Shown: positions 31,000-64,000 of the stretch, piece by piece
How the letters are laid out: every line of letters begins with the position of its first letter
How positions within the stretch are numbered: position 1 is the first letter of the stretch
Source of the DNA: Amoebidium appalachense
Lineage: Eukaryota > Protista > Ichthyosporea
Assembly: GCA_963693365.1 (NCBI GenBank)
Contig: CAVNZM010000006.1
Span: forward strand, 6,737,264-6,801,263
Length of the DNA: 64,000 nt
Direction: 5' to 3'
Notes under the pieces: model-generated
The model's input: only the letters and a program-made list of their open reading frames with translations
What the model was told of the DNA's origin: nothing
The model's database searches: none
Translations under genes and position numbers: made by a program

Positions 31000-32070
31000 G
31001 TGTACACACACAGGCACTTTTACACTATCGACTCAGCTCAGGCTCACATTTTGAGACGCACATCCCCTTTTCCTCTGTTTGGCAAGGGCAAGTGTAAGAA
31101 TTTAGAGTACGCGTGCATTGTAAATTAGGGACAAATTTTATTTTATGTTGTGCTTATAAATTATGCTCTTGTGTGGTATGTGATATGTATGTTTATGGAG
31201 AGCTGTATTTGCATTATTTTTCCGTCATGACTTCCAGTATTTTTTTTTTTTATGTTGCAAGTTTAAAGGTCCCAATGATGTTGTAAAAAGAGAGGATACA
31301 AAAGGTATACTATATACGTAACTGGACAGTGGCAAATTTGTAAGTGCCCGACGACAAAACTCACAGATGAAACATTTAGATTTTATGTTTCTGTCCTAAT
31401 CATGTAACCTGCTCACCTGTCACTAAGTTAAGAGTGCTCTATACGTATAACTTGTGCCAGCCAACTTTGACCCCACAGAAGTCTTGGATGTAAAACATGT
31501 GCACAAGTGCTTAAGAGCCCCCCCCCCCCCCCCCCCCCCCCCCCAGTTTCTGATTCACCCAACCGGAACCACTCTCCAAGGCTTCTTGCATGAAACCAAA
31601 CCCCACGTGCAACCAACCGCGTTCTCAGACACAAGACATAGTAATACGTGTACGGGCAAATCTGCACGCCGGGACTGGTGGCTCGATCTATATTTACTAC
31701 GACTAGCCATGCATTCAGTGAGTCAGACATGAAAAAACGAAAACAGATTGCCCTTGCACATGCATCTGCACACATGTGCGACGTTACGTGGATAAGTACT
31801 CGGAATCCGATGTGCACAACCACATAATATCACATCCAGTGGCTAGCTAGCCACTCACACATATCCATGCATATATATTATTAATACATATGCATCGGTA
31901 CTGTGTTGTTTGTCGATGTGGACAACAATGCACTGACTGTGTACGTGGGCTAACATGCGTTCACCCGCGCATGTGTCACCGGTGTGCATGTGAATGTGCA
32001 TGTGTGTTTGTGTGTATGTGCGCGCACACGAGGGCCTGGGGGGGTAGGGGGCGAGCGAGAGATGTGGGGA

Positions 32071-32105
<35 letters not shown>

Positions 32106-32730
32106 GGGGGGGGGGAAAGGAGGGGGACGTCGACTAGGTCACCAAGTGGACGTGTGCGCATGCATATGCGGCCCCTGTCTATCACACAAACGTTCAGAAT
32201 GAGTGTAATCAGCATATGAAATTTATTGGGTTCAAGGCGGGCGAGTTGCAGCATGCACATTTGGTCAACAAGAGAAGAGCCTGACTTCGTGCATCGGCAG
32301 AGAAGAAACAAATGGAGAAATGGCCCCGTCTCACAGAAACTACCAGATGGTATGTACACAGCAACCACTACATCCCTATTTTCTGAGAACATGATTTACT
32401 CTAGCTTCATTCGTACCAATCGGCAAAACCACTCCACCTATCCAGAGACCGGAGTATAAGATTTCAAATCTAAAACAGCATGATCAGATGCCTTTTGAGA
32501 ACTCCATTCACACAAATATCCCTTACACAGATTGAGATCTCTTTTTGTTACATATGGGTTCTTGTTTAAAACTATCAAACCCTCCACCCCCCTCCCCCTC
32601 CCCCCCTCCCCGTCTCCCTCCCTCCCCCCCCCCCCGTTTAAATCTCTCCGCATCTATGTATTCATACCCATGCACATTCAGTCCCGTGACTATCCAATCC
32701 CTTAGATATCTACCCCTGTGAATATCTAAC

Positions 32731-63657
<30,927 letters not shown>

Positions 63658-64000
63658 CTGCAAAGGTCCCCCCCGGAGTCAGTTCAGGGCACACATGCAC
63701 ACCAGCATTGCATGTGCAGAAAGAAAACATCTTACCTCCCCCCCCCCCACACACACACCCACCCGCCCTCTCCCACCCTTCCCTTCCACTATTAACGATT
63801 GAGTAATGGCTTCACCTAACCCCCCTCCCCCTCCCCCCCCCCTCCATCCCTCCCCCTCCCCCCCCCCCCCCCCCCCACACACACACATACACACATTCTC
63901 CTCCACCTCCCTTCCCTGTCTCCACCACTTATGCATCCCAATCTCCCCTGCCCTCGCCCCCCTTCCCCCACCCCCCCACCCCCTCCATACCTTCTTCCCT

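Overview
This is eukaryotic genomic DNA, not prokaryotic. It is intron-rich and its introns are full of poly-C/poly-G runs and (AC)n/(GT)n microsatellites, so almost all ORFs in the supplied track are repeat artefacts. A unicellular holozoan or other opisthokont is my guess from the MFSD8 and RME-8 sequences; this is inference. Splicing exons by hand gives six genes: the 5' end of an MFSD8/CLN7-like transporter (-), an orphan coiled-coil gene (+), a cofactor-dependent phosphoglycerate mutase (+), a 6-exon class II O-methyltransferase (+), a GRAM-VASt-TM lipid-transfer protein (+), and 41 in-frame exons of RME-8/DNAJC13 (-, continuing past the right edge). Two 5'-truncated LINE copies are also present. 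The most unusual features are in the introns: (i) a ~120-155 bp dispersed element with at least 14 copies, all intronic, mostly abutting a sense-strand C-run and oriented with the host transcript on both strands; (ii) many 3' splice sites use (AC)n or poly-C instead of a U-rich tract, sometimes with a complementary (GT)n at the donor; (iii) one intron built largely from tandem copies of its own donor and acceptor; (iv) one apparent CG acceptor and two GC donors. All protein identifications rest on remembered family motifs; no database search was run.
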